DNA of 64,000 nucleotides from Rhodosorus marinus CCMP1338 (Eukaryota; Plantae; Rhodophyta). Position 1 is the stretch's first letter. Every line of letters starts with the position of its first letter. The notes under the pieces are model-generated. The model did no database searches. It had not been told where the DNA came from and saw only the letters and a program-made list of their open reading frames with translations. Shown here piece by piece: positions 1 through 11,700 of the stretch. The stretch is from positions 2,046,001-2,110,000 of the forward strand of contig JAMWBK010000008.1 of the NCBI GenBank assembly GCA_029953675.1, given 5' to 3'. A program made the position numbers and the translations under genes.

Positions 1-1336
1 GATCGCCGCCAAGGCCGACGAGATGACGCTGCAGCGCTGCACCAGGGGCACACTCTTGGATGAACCCCTCGATCTTGAAGCGGCTCCCGACAGGGATTTA
101 GTTCGTGCCCAGCTCGCTCTACCGTTGCGATTAGGGGGATTTGGCGTCGCAGACCGTGGGCTCGTCTGCTGGCCTGCGGCGATCGCCTCCCGGGCAACCG
201 CGCTCCGTACCTTGGGGGGGTGACTTTCCGGATACAAAGTGCCTGCCTTTTGGCTCGATCACTGACTAACGAGGACCCAGTGACCCTTCCGCCCCAGTTT
301 TTGACGATCTATGATGGTCTACAACACACGTTCTGGAAGTGCAACGCCGTGCCGGACGAGAATCGATCCCGTTTTCGCTCCTGGCGGGAACTTCTATGGG
401 GACGAACTGAGGCGATTGAGGACTTTCCCATCGACAGAGTTCTTGCCGAGGAAGGAGAAGCTAGCCCCGGGTCACCTGTTGCAGATTACCCAGGTCTGAG
501 CCGATTGTGGAGCTCCCGCACTGATGTAGTTCAACATAGCCTCACCTGGGGCCAACACAGTGCCGCTCACGCAATCTTGCTCAACTCTCCGCTCACACCG
601 CCTACCATCGCCGCTCGCCTCCGCGGAATGGGAGGCCATCTCTTGCACCTGTGGTTAACCACTTTGCCTTCGTCGCCGGGTCACCGGCTCGATGATTTCC
701 AGTTCCGCTCCGCCGCACGGATTTACGCAGATTTGGAACAAGCACCGTGGCAATCTAATCGGCCGTCTTTCTGTTAAGGATGTGAGAGCCGGGTTGACGC
801 TTGTGGCTACCCCTTCTTGGGTTCATACGGACTGTTGCGAGGTCTCCGTACGAGGCGCCACACTCGTCTGAAGTACATCCTAAGCGAATGTTTAACTCGG
901 GTAGGGCATACGGTTGAGGTGGAATCGGAACTACCCAGATCGGTCTCGGACACGGCGCCGGCCCGCTGCCTCGCAGATCTCCTCGTCTCAGACCCTGCCG
1001 CCCGACGCTCAGCATAGGTTGACCTCGCGCTTACATGGACTGGACTGGACTTTACTAGCATACCCTGCGGCCAGAGCCCATTTCACTGCTGCCGCCCGCC
1101 GCCGAGGGGCAGCCGCTTCGGCCTTCCGACGAGTGAAGGAACGACCGTATGCTGAGAATATGGCCAATACGTTTTACGCCGAGGGTCGTTCCCACCGGTT
1201 CCACCTTGTCATTGTGGAAAGCATTGATCAAGTGGATAAGTCGGGTTTGGAGTGGTTGCGGGAAGGTTTCGCTGAGCATCCTACTGAGTACTTGGCGCTT
1301 TTACGGCGTTTGAGTGCCGCCCTGTGGCGATATTCT
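1..1336 (+). pseudogene. Degenerate CRE-like non-LTR retrotransposon ORF2 3' half (older F1/F2-type copy); continues at 6208-6390 beyond nested copy A
   Basis: ORF pieces 23-223, 220-777 and 914-1363 align with the C-terminal half of intact ORF2 at 8777-11833 (LPLRLGGFG, WSSRTDV, RFH..IVES) but with stops and frameshifts. Sequence resumes at 6216 (agcagcatgcttgccgagg). Confidence 0.9.
1037..1062 (-). mobile_element. Tail-only F1 insertion (extreme 5' truncation)
   Basis: ggactggactggactttactagcata is the reverse complement of the F1 terminus tatgctagtaaagtccagtccagtcc, inserted inside the older ORF2 between ttacat and ccctg. Confidence 0.75.
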
Positions 1337-1399
1337 GGACTAGACGTTGCTGGACATTACTAGCATAGCCTGAAGCGCTACGCAAGGCGTGAAGATGAA

Positions 1400-4300
1400 C
1401 TAATAACTAGGGAGGGAAGCATGCAACCCCAGGCGCCGATGGCGCCCCTCGGAAAGCATGTGGCTGGAATATCGCCAAAGGGAGACACTTAAACACCTCA
1501 AGAGCGCCAAATATTCAGTAGGATGCTCAGCAAAACATTTCCGCAACCACTCTAAACCCGACTTATCGACGTGACCAAAGCTTTCCACAATGAATGGCTG
1601 GAACCGGTGAGAGCGACCCTCAGCGTAAGGCAGACTGGCCATGCTCTCAGCATACCGTCGTTCCTTAACTCTTCGAAGGGCTGAAGCCGCGGCCCCCCGG
1701 CGGCGGGCGGCTGCGGTGAGGTGGGCGCTGGCCACGGGGCAGGTAATCGCAAGGTCCACATATGTTGAGCGTCTGGCAGCAGCGTCGGAGACGAGGAGAT
1801 CGGCTATACAACGGGGCGGTGCAGAGTCCGAGATTGATCTGGGCAGTTCCGACTCAACCTCAACCGTATGCCCTATCCGAGTCAAAATTCGCTGAGGATG
1901 TACTTGAGGCGAGTGTGACGCCTCGTACGGAGACCTCTCAACAGTCCGCAGGAACCCAGGAAGTGGTAGCCACAAGCGTCAATCCGGCTCTCACATCCCT
2001 GACAGAAAGACGGCCGATTAGAGTGCCATGGAGACTGTGGCAAACCGAGATAGATCCGTGCGGCAGAACGGAACTGGAAAGCATCGAGCCGATGACTCAA
2101 TGACGACGGTAGAGTGGTTAACTACAAGTGAGAGAGGTGGCCTCCCATGCCGCGGAGACGAGCGGCAGTGGTAGGCGGCGTGAGAGGAGAATTGAGCATG
2201 ACTGTGTGAGCGGCACTGTGTTGGCCCCAGGTGAGGCTATGTTGAATCACATCAGTGCGGGAGCTCCACAATCGGCTCAAACCCGGGTAGTCTGCCACAG
2301 GTGACCCGGGGCTAGCCTCTCCGTCATCGGCAAGAACTCGGTCGAGGGGACAATCCTCAATCGCTTCAGCTCGTCCCCATAACAGCTCCTTCCAGGAACG
2401 AAAGCGGGACCGATTCGCGTCCGGCACGGCGTTGCACCTCCTGAACGCGTGTTGAAGACCATCATAAATTGTCAAAAGCGGGGGCGGCAGGGTCACTGGA
2501 TCCTCGCTGGTCAAAGCTCGAGACAAGAGGCAGGCACTTCGCATCTGGAAGGTCACCAACGTTCGCCGCGCGGTAGCCCAGGAAGCAACCGCCGCTGGCG
2601 AGCATACCAGCCCACGGTCTGCCACGCCGAATCCCCCTAATCGCAACGGCGCGAATCAAGTCGCTGTCGGGAGCAGCTTCAAGATCGAGGGGCTCATCCA
2701 AGAGCGTTCCCCAGTGTTGCAGGGTCATTTCGTCGGCTTTAGCCGCGATCCACGAGCCCCAAGCTGGAGGCAGGCTGCGCAACCAGTAGTTGAGTCTGGG
2801 ACCGGCACAAAAGCGGGAAAGCAAGCAGGCCGATTGCAGCATGCTGTCGGGTAGGTGCTCAATGGCGTCGGTGAGTTGCTTGTGCCGTGCCAAAACTCGC
2901 TCGCAGGATGCTTGGACAAAGTTGTCAGTCCCCAATCCGACACCGTGGTGTACAAACCCTTCACGTTCGCTGATTAGTCGGAGAATGGGTGGCAGAGAGG
3001 TCAGCGACACGTCCCTCGGGGGGAGAAAGCGACATTTTTCTGTTTCCACAGTCAAACCGACGCGACGTGCAATCGCTTCGATCTCGGTCAGCCCCCTAGC
3101 CAGCGTCTCAGGGGTGCCCAGCAATGTTACGTCATCGTGGTACGCGCAGATTAGAAGATCCGAGACCTCAGTCGAAAGACGTAAAAGTACGATTTGTAGG
3201 GCACAGGCATGAAGAAGAGGTCCGCAAGGGTCGCCTTGTTGGACGCCAGTATGTGCTTGAAAAACAGTGCCCTCCGTTGTCAAATAGGGGAGTCTCTCCT
3301 CTCCGTAAATACCCGATAGAAACGGCCACGCCTCCGGAAACACCCGTCGGAGCACCTCTAGTGCATGCGTCCGCGACACGCTGTTGAATGCGTTCCGGAA
3401 ATCAACCACCAAGACTCCCTACTCCGGCCTACTGGCGCGTTCTAGCTCGATCCCATGGGTGATCAGTTCGCAACCCCCAGAAAATCCCACCCCTACTTGC
3501 AAGGGCGGCATAAAAGCTGTGACGCGCTGGCGAAGGCGCTGGCATAGCCACCTCCCGGCTAACTTCCGTAGGCTCTCCACCATCCCGATCGGCCGGAGAC
3601 GCGGGTGGGCCGGCTGGTCGTCAGGTTTCGTGAGCAAGCAAAGCTGTGCCTGCCGGAGATGTTCCCATTGCGCAGACGCACGCGATACGCCCTGGAACAA
3701 CTTGTTAAGGATCCTCAGAAGCGCGCTCTGGCCAGGCTGGCTCAGGGCCTGCAATAGCTCTGTTCTTAGTCCGGAGGGTCCGGGACAGCGTCCCCGACGC
3801 GAGGTACGAAGCAAATCCTCCAGGTCAGACTCACTGAGCGTCAGATCGATGCGAAACCTGGCCAACTCCGGACGGTTCAAGAATACCTCGAATTCAGGGG
3901 ACAAGTCTACGTCGGACTCAGGGAACAAAGACGACACCGTCTGGGCGAGACTATCATCGTAGGGGAGGACAGGCGCCTGGCCCTCCAAAACCCGCGCCGC
4001 TCGACTTAAATCGCCCACTGCTACCAATTTCTGTACTCGACACTGTGCCATGCCGAGTCGACGGGCGGATGGTGCTGACGACGCCAAATAGCTGCGCTGT
4101 AGTACTTCGAAGTCTCCCTTCAAGAACAGGGCCAGTCGGTCTCGTACTCGCCATCTGCGCTCCGATGTGTGAATGGGGGCCAGAAACAGGCGCGGCATGA
4201 CCCCCAGGAAAACCCAAATGACTGTGTCCCGAATGTTGCGAGCCAGGCTCGTGAAGATGAAATCGAGAATGGTTCCAGCTACTAGAAGGTCTCCACGAGG

Positions 4301-4441
4301 AAGGACGACTGGGGGAATGCCCCCACGGAGGGGAAGCGAGCCTCCTTCCAAAGAAATCCACAGCCGGAGCCAACTCCGAAAACGCGTACGCCAAATGCCC
4401 CAGTCTCCGCCCTCCTTCAGGACATAAAACTGTAGATCCAT
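1400..4441 (-). pseudogene. F1 copy A ORF2 (RT + CCHC + RLE), broken by a nonsense codon and frameshifts
   Basis: Split into ORFs 3419-4441, 2462-3412, 2122-2646, 1882-2100 and 1400-1975, all colinear with 8777-11833. Confidence 0.92.
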
Positions 4442-4472
4442 AGGCTGCGACCTCGCAGCCGTGCCTGGAGCG

Positions 4473-5882
4473 CTAATCGTGCTTCTCCCCCTTAGACCCG
4501 GGGGAGTCGGTCCTCGCTCTCTTACCTCCTATCCGCACCAAAGTGGTGAGCCGCCCACTCCGCGAGGCTCGCGGAACGGATCCCGCGGGCTTCAGCAAAG
4601 TAACCTGGGCGCCCTCCACCGCCATGCCCTCAGTCTGCTCCCCTGCCTCACCACTCTCGCTGGAAGTGGTGCTGGACGCAGAGCCCTCCAAAATCCCCAA
4701 CCGCTGCAGCTCTGTCTTGTAGCGCGAAGTCAGCACAAGTCGCCTCTCCAGATCGAAGAAACTGGAAACCGCCATGCGCAGGTGACGAGGGCCCGACCGG
4801 AACCGCGCCAACAAGATCCTCTCAAGGCGCTGAATCCGTAGCCAATGGATCGCTGCCGCCTTCACGCTGCTCTCATGCTCAGAGAGCCCTGCCGTTTCTC
4901 CCGGAGACAGGAAATTGCCCGAGAAACGGTCAAAATCGAAGTGCAAAACCACCTGCGGGTTGCAGCGCAGCCACCGGGCGCTCTCAGGCCACTGCTCGGT
5001 AGGCTTCGCCAGCAAGGCCTCCAGGTACTTGGCGGCGGTTGCGGAGACCAAAAACAGCACATCGCGGTCCTCATAGTTTGCGAAGAAGAAATCACCCCGG
5101 CTGCACCCCAACGATTCCGCAAAAGTGTCCCGGAAGTCTCGCGTAGACGGAACCTGGCCTCGTGTAGTCTGGGGCCGGACATTTCGCACCCACAGAAATT
5201 GGAGAGTGGTCTCCACAGGTCCATCCTGAGGCTCGCGAGATGGTAGGAAACGGAGCATGGCCGCCGTACGTGTGGCAGTGGTGCCCTTCCGCAAGACTGA
5301 TGCGTACGAAGCGCCCCCCTTGCGGCCACCACGTGCCCCCGCAGTAGCCGGGAGCTGGTGACCACCTGAGGGCTGGTCCAAGATAGGGAAGTCCACAGCT
5401 GCAGTTTCCTCCACACCGGTTGCCGCACAGTCACCACCACCATTGCCTCGAGTCCCCGAGCGCTGAAGCGCGTTTTGGCCCGGCCTGCCGCTCCCCAACG
5501 TCGTACTTTCCCGCGCAGAAGCAACAGCCCTCGCCTGTCCCGGGACAGGTTCATGTTGATTGACCTGATGTTGACTGCCTTCAGCCAACGCTGCCATTCT
5601 GGTGCAATTCAAATTCTCGTCCGAATTTGAATTTGACCTGGCCAGCAATCCCGATTCCAGCCCACCTAGCTTCTGGGTGAGCTGAGGGAGCACTCCACGA
5701 TCACTCGCAGCCGTGATCAGGCTGGTGACAGCGGAGATAAGTGCACGCGCCTGGGTGCCAGAAGCGCCTTCCAAGTCAACCTCGGAAGAAAACGTGCCGC
5801 AGCTGAGGCGAACACGGAGTCCCCCACCTGGCAGTGCCTCCTTGGGAGGAGGCTCCGTCGAGCGCGGAGATATCCCTACCAT
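4473..5882 (-). CDS. F1 copy A ORF1, 469 aa from the first ATG, function unknown
   Basis: Open frame (track ORF 4473-6113 starts at TTG; first ATG at 5882, MVGISPRSTEPP), nearly identical to ORF1 of copies B and C. Confidence 0.8.
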   Translation of the reverse strand: MVGISPRSTEPPPKEALPGGGLRVRLSCGTFSSEVDLEGASGTQARALISAVTSLITAASDRGVLPQLTQKLGGLESGLLARSNSNSDENLNCTRMAALAEGSQHQVNQHEPVPGQARAVASARESTTLGSGRPGQNALQRSGTRGNGGGDCAATGVEETAAVDFPILDQPSGGHQLPATAGARGGRKGGASYASVLRKGTTATRTAAMLRFLPSREPQDGPVETTLQFLWVRNVRPQTTRGQVPSTRDFRDTFAESLGCSRGDFFFANYEDRDVLFLVSATAAKYLEALLAKPTEQWPESARWLRCNPQVVLHFDFDRFSGNFLSPGETAGLSEHESSVKAAAIHWLRIQRLERILLARFRSGPRHLRMAVSSFFDLERRLVLTSRYKTELQRLGILEGSASSTTSSESGEAGEQTEGMAVEGAQVTLLKPAGSVPRASRSGRLTTLVRIGGKRARTDSPGSKGEKHD

Positions 5883-6215
5883 CCTGAGGGAATGCGCAAA
5901 GGAAACGTTGCACCACCAATATGAAACCGCACCGAGAGAATAATCGACCAAACCCAACCCAAATAGGAAAGGCCCCGCAACACACCCACCCGGAAGACAG
6001 AAGTAGTTGCAAATGCAAACGACGCACCGCGGAAAATCGAGGGGAAGGCGTACCAGAGGAAGCGCTTCCCGTAAACGAACACGCTCGCGACCGAAAAAGA
6101 AACAAAACCCCAATCCTCAGCCAGACCACAGCTATCTGAGCACGAGACCAGTGTGTCTTGTCTTGGAGTATCCCTCACTAGTATGCCGGTGAGTTTGGCT
6201 TATATAGGATATTCT

Positions 6216-7045
6216 AGCAGCATGCTTGCCGAGGCGCGCCATCGGCGCCTGGGTTTTCAAATGCATATTGGTCTCCCTGCACTGTCCGAAGATACCCGTC
6301 TATCAAACTAGGCGATAAATCTCTTCCCTCTCATCAAGCTTCCCTTCCTAGTTCTTAGTTCCTTTTCACGCCTTGCGTAGCGCCTCAGTAAAGCACAGTT
6401 AAGGCTAACGCTTGTGGCTGCCACTTCTTGGGTTCAATGAGGACTGTTGTGAGGTCTCCGCACGAGGCGTAACACTCGTCTTGGCGCTTTTACGGCCTTT
6501 GAGTGTCGCCCTGTGGCGACATTCTAGCAGCATGCTTGCCGAGGCGCGCCATCGGCGCCTGGGTTTGCACGCTTCCCTCCCCAGTTCTTAGTTCCTTTTC
6601 ACGCCTTGCGTAGCGTTTCAGGCTAGGCTAGTGCCCTTGCGATTACCTGCCCCGTGGCCAGCGCCCACCTCACCGCAGCCGCCCGCCGCCGGGGGGCCGC
6701 GGCTTCAGCCCTTCGAAGAGTTAAGGAACGACGGTATGCTGAGAGCATGGCCAGTCTGCCTTGCGCTGAGGGTCGCTCTCACCGGTTCCAGCCATTCATT
6801 GTGGAAAGCTTTGGTCACGAGGATAATTCGGGTTTAGAGTGGTTGCGGAAATGTTTTGCTGAGCATCTTACTGAATATTTGGCGCTCGTGAGGCGTTTAA
6901 GTGTCTCCCTTTGGCGATATTCCAGCGACATGCTTTCCGAGGCGCGCCTTCGGCGCCTGGGGTTGCATGCTTCCCTCCCTAGTTATTAGTTCATCTTCAC
7001 GCCTTGCGTAGCGCTTCAGGCTATGCTAGTAAAGTCCAGTAAACG
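6216..7045 (+). mobile_element. Stack of three F2/F1 3'-end fragments between copies A and B
   Basis: Terminal motif cacgccttgcgtagcg occurs three times (about 6368, 6599 and 6998). The last fragment, 6633-7045, encodes the RLE C-terminus (ORF 6654-6989) and ends tatgctagtaaagtccagtaaa. Confidence 0.88.
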
Positions 7046-7335
7046 CGAACGCTGGCCACCGAGTGAGTCAAGAAGTCCTAGTCTGGGGTGGTTGTTGTCG
7101 AGGATTGGGGTTTTGTTTCTTTTTCGGTAGCGAGCGTGTTCGTTTACGGGAAGCGCTTCCTCTGGTACGCCTTCCCCTCGATTTTCCGCGGTGCGTCGTT
7201 TGCATTTGCAACTACTTCTGTCTTCCGGGTGGGTGTGTTGCGGGGCCTTTCCTATTTGGGTTGGGTTTGGTCGATTATTCTCTCGGTGCGGTTTCATATT
7301 GGTGGTGCAACGTTTCCTTTGCGCATTCCCTCAGG

Positions 7336-8745
7336 ATGGTAGGGATATCTCCGCGCTCGACGGAGCCTCCTCCCAAGGAGGCACTGCCAGGTGGGGGACT
7401 CCGTGTTCGCCTCAGCTGCGGCACGTTTTCTTCCGAGGTTGACTTGGAAGGCGCTTCTGGCACCCAGGCGCGTGCACTTATCTCCGCTGTCACCAGCCTG
7501 ATCACGGCTGCGAGTGATCGTGGAGTGCTCCCTCAGCTCACCCAGAAGCTAGGTGGGCTGGAATCGGGATTGCTGGCCAGGTCAAATTCAAGTTCGGACG
7601 AGAATTTGAATTGCCCCAGAGTGGCAGCGTTGGCTGAAGGCAGTCAACATCAGGTCAATCAACATGAACCTGTCCCGGGACAGGCGAGGGCTGTTGCTTC
7701 TGCGCGGGACAGTACGACGTTGGGGAGCGGCAGGCCGGGCCAAAACGCGCTTCAGCGCTCGGGGACTCGAGGCAATGGTGGTGGTGACTGTGCGGCAACC
7801 GGTGTGGAGGAGACTGCAGCTGTGGACTTCCCTCTCTTGGACCAGCCCTCAGGTGGTCACCAGCTCCCAGCTACTTCGGGGGCACGTGGTGGCCGCAAGG
7901 GGGGCGCTTCGTACGCATCAGTCTTGCGGAAGGGCACCACTGCCACACGTACGGCGGCTATGCTCCGTTTCATACCATCTCGCGAGCCTCAGGATGGACC
8001 TGTGGAGACCACTCTCCAATTTCTGTGGGTGCGAAATGTCCGGCCCCAGACTACACGAGGACAGGTTCCGTCTATGCGAGACTTCCGGGACACTTTTACG
8101 GAATCGTTAGGGTGCAGCCGGGGTGATTTCTTCTTCGCAAACTATGAGGACCGCGATGTGCTGTTTTTGGTCTCCGCAACCGCCGCCAAGTACCTGGAGG
8201 CCTTGCTGGCGAAGCCTACCGAGCAGTGGCCTGAGAGCGCCCGGTGGCTGCGCTGCAACCCGCAGGTGGTTTTGCACTTCGATTTTGACCGTTTCTCGGG
8301 CAATTTCCTGTCTCCGGGAGAAACGGCAGGGCTCTCTGAGCATGAGAGCAGCGTGAAGGCGGCAGCGATCCATTGGCTACGGATTCAGCGCCTTGAGAGG
8401 ATCTTGTTGGAGCGGTTCCGGTCGGGCCCTCGTCACCTGCGCATGGCGGTTTCCAGTTTCTTCGATCTGGAGAGGCGACTTGTGCTGACTTCGCGCTACA
8501 AGACAGAGCTGCAGCGGGCGGGGATTTTGGAGGGCTCTGCTTCCAGCACTACTTCCAGCGAGAGTGGTGAGGCAGGGGAGCAGACTGAGGGCATGGCGGT
8601 GGAGGACGCCCAGGTTACTTTGCTGAAGCCCGCGGGATCCGTTCCGCGAGCCTCGCGGAGTGGGCGGCTCACCACTTTGGTGCGGATAGGAGGTAAGAGA
8701 GCGAGGACCGACTCCCCCGGGTCTAAGGGGGAGAAGCACGATTAG
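7336..8745 (+). CDS. F1 copy B ORF1, 469 aa from the first ATG
   Basis: Open frame with ATG at 7336. Low-complexity Ser/Gly-rich ends and a central segment (LQFLWVRNVRP...DFFFANYEDRDVLFLV) that is also conserved in F2. Confidence 0.82.
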   Translation: MVGISPRSTEPPPKEALPGGGLRVRLSCGTFSSEVDLEGASGTQARALISAVTSLITAASDRGVLPQLTQKLGGLESGLLARSNSSSDENLNCPRVAALAEGSQHQVNQHEPVPGQARAVASARDSTTLGSGRPGQNALQRSGTRGNGGGDCAATGVEETAAVDFPLLDQPSGGHQLPATSGARGGRKGGASYASVLRKGTTATRTAAMLRFIPSREPQDGPVETTLQFLWVRNVRPQTTRGQVPSMRDFRDTFTESLGCSRGDFFFANYEDRDVLFLVSATAAKYLEALLAKPTEQWPESARWLRCNPQVVLHFDFDRFSGNFLSPGETAGLSEHESSVKAAAIHWLRIQRLERILLERFRSGPRHLRMAVSSFFDLERRLVLTSRYKTELQRAGILEGSASSTTSSESGEAGEQTEGMAVEDAQVTLLKPAGSVPRASRSGRLTTLVRIGGKRARTDSPGSKGEKHD

Positions 8746-8776
8746 CGCTCCAGGCACGGCTGCGAGGTCGCAGCCT

Positions 8777-11700
8777 ATGGATCTACAGTTTTATGTCCTG
8801 AAGGAGGGCGGAGACTGGGGCATTTGGCGTACGCGTTTTCGGAGTTGGCTCCGGCGGTGGATTTCTTTGGAAGGAGGCTCGCTTCCCCTCCGTGGGGGCA
8901 TTCCCCCAGTCGTCCTTCCTCGTGGAGACCTTCTAGTAGCTGGAACCATTCTCGATTTCATCTTCACGAGCCTGGCTCGCAACATTCGGGACACAGTCAT
9001 TTGGGTTTTCCTGGGGGTCATGCCGCGCCTGTTTCTGGCCCCCATTCACACATCGGAGCGCAGATGGCGAGTACGAGACCGACTGGCCCTGTTCTTGAAG
9101 GGAGACTTCGAAGTACTACAGCGCAGCTATTTGGCGTCGTCAGCACCATCCGCCCGTCGACTCGGCATGGCACAGTGTCGAGTACAGAAATTGGTAGCAG
9201 TGGGCGATTTAAGTCGAGCGGCGCGGGTTTTGGAGGGCCAGGCGCCTGTCCTCCCCTACGATGATAGTCTCGCCCAGACGGTGTCGTCTTTGTTCCCTGA
9301 GTCCGACGTGGATTTGGCCCCTGAATTCGAGGTATTCTTGGACCGTCCGGAGTTGGCCAGGTTTCGCATCGATTTGACGCTCAGTGAGTCTGACCTGGAG
9401 GATTTGCTTCGTACCTCGCGTCAGGGACGCTGTCCCGGACCCTCCGGACTAAGAACAGAGCTATTGCAGGCCCTGAGCCAGCCTGGCAAGAGCGCGCTTC
9501 TGAGGATCCTTAACAAGTTGTTCCAGGGCGTATCGCGTGCGTCTGCGCCATGGGAACATCTCCGGCAGGCACAGCTTTGCTTGCTCACGAAACCTGACCA
9601 CCAGCCGGCCCACCCGCGTCTCCGGCCAATCGGGATGGTGGAGAGCCTACGCAAGTTAGCCGGGAGGTGGCTATGCCAGCGCCTTCGCCAGCGCGTCACA
9701 GCTTTTATGCCGCCCTTGCAAGTAGGGGTGGGATTTTCTGGGGGTTGCGAACTGATCACCCATGGGATCGAGCTAGAACGCGCCAGTAGGCCGGAGTGGG
9801 GAGTCTTGGTGGTTGATTTCCAGAACGCATTCAACAGCGTGTCGCGGACGCATGCGCTAGAGGTGCTCCGACGGGTGTTTCCGGAGGCGTGGCCGTTTCT
9901 ATCGGGTATTTACGGAGGGGAGAGCCTCCCCTACTTGACAACGGAGGGCACTGTTTTTCAAGCACATACTGGCGTCCAACAAGGCGACCCTTGCGGACCT
10001 CTTCTTCATGCCTGTGCCCTACAGCTCGTACTTTTACGTCTTTCGACTGAGGTCTCGGATCTTCGAATCTGCGCGTACCACGATGACGTAACATTTCTGG
10101 GCACCCCTGACACCCTGGCTAGGGGACTGACCGCGATCGAAGCGATTGCACGTCGCGTCGGTTTGACTGTGGAAACAGAAAAATGTCGCTTTCTCCCCCC
10201 GAGGGACGTGTCGCTGACCTCTCTGCCACCCACTCTGCGACTAATCAGCGAACGTGAAGGGTTCGAACACCACGGCGTCGGATTGGGGACTGACAACTTT
10301 GTCCAAGCATCCTGCGAGCGAGTTTTGGCACGGCACAAGCAACTCACCGACCCAATTGAGCACCTACCCGACAGCATGCTGCAATCGGCCTGCTTGCTTT
10401 CCCGCTTTTGTGCCGGTCCCAGACTCAACTACTGGTTGCGCAGCCTGCCTCCAGCTTGGGGCTCGGGGATCGCGGCTAAAGCCGACGAAATGACGCTGCA
10501 ACACTGGGGAACGCTCTTGGATGAGCCCCTCGATCTTGAAGCTGCTCCCGACAGGGACTTTGTTCGTGCACAGATCGCTCTACCGTTGCGATTAAGGGGA
10601 TTCGGCGTCGCAGACCGTGGGCTGGTATGCTCGCCAGCGGCGGTTGCTTCCTGGGCTACCGCGCTGCGAACGTTGGTGACCTTCCAGATGCGAAGTGCCT
10701 GCCTCTTGGCTCGAGCTTTGACCAACGAGGATCCAGTGACCCTGCCGCCCCCGCTTTTGACAATTTATGATGGTCTTCAACACGCGTTCAGGAGGTGCAA
10801 CGCCGTGCCGGACGCAAATCGGTCCCGCTTTCGTTCCTGGAGGGAGCTGTTATGGGGACGAGCTGAAGCGATTGAGGATTGTCCCCTCGACCGAGTTCTT
10901 ACCGATGACGGAGAGGCTAGCCCCGGGTCACCTGTTGCAGACTACCCGGGTTTGAGCCGATTGTGGAGCTCCCGCACTGATGTGATTCAACATAGCCTCA
11001 CCTGGGGCCAACACAGTGCCGCTCACACAGTCATGCTCAATTCTCCTCTCACGCCGCCTACCACTGCCGCTCGTCTCCGCGGCATGGGAGGCCACCTCTC
11101 GCACTTGTGGTTAACCACTCTACCGTCGTCATTGAGTCATCGTCTCGATGCTTTCCAGTTCCGTTCTGCCGCACGGATCTATCTCGGTTTGCCACAGGCT
11201 CCGTGGCACTCTAATCGGCCGTCTTTCTGTCAGGGATGTGAGAGCCGGATTGACGCTTTTGGCTACCACTTCCTGGGTTCCTGCGGACTGTTGCGAGGTC
11301 TCCGTACGAGGCGTCACACTCGCCTCAAGTACATCCTCAGCGAATATTTGACTCGGATAGGGCATACGGTTGAGGTTGAGTCGGAACTGCCCAGATCAAT
11401 CTCGGACTCTGCACCGCCCCGTTGTATAGCCGATCTCCTCGTCTCCGACGCTGCTGCCAGACGCTCAACATATGTGGACCTTGCGATTACCTGCCCCGTG
11501 GCCAGCGCCCACCTCACCGCAGCCGCCCGCCGCCGGGGGGCCGCGGCTTCAGCCCTTCGAAGAGTTAAGGAACGACGGTATGCTGAGAGCATGGCCAGTC
11601 TGCCTTGCGCTGAGGGTCGCTCTCACCGGTTCCAGCCATTCATTGTGGAAAGCTTTGGTCACGTGGATAAGTCGGGTTTAGAGTGGTTGCGGAAACGTTT

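Larger units (their letters stand above)
1337..6207 (-). mobile_element. Full-length F1 CRE-like retrotransposon, copy A (ORF2 disrupted)
   Basis: Flanked by 8-bp TSD GATATTCT (1329-1336 and 6208-6215). Degenerate tail at 1337-1362. About 75 bp of non-element sequence at its 5' end (6131-6207). Confidence 0.93.

Noticed and set aside
4461-4841. Recurrent antisense and alternative-frame ORFs across F1 copies (e.g. MPGALIV..., MGARNRR..., MLKTIIN..., MPYPSQ...)
   Set aside because: They recur only because the parent copies are near-identical and GC-rich; no independent motifs or start context.
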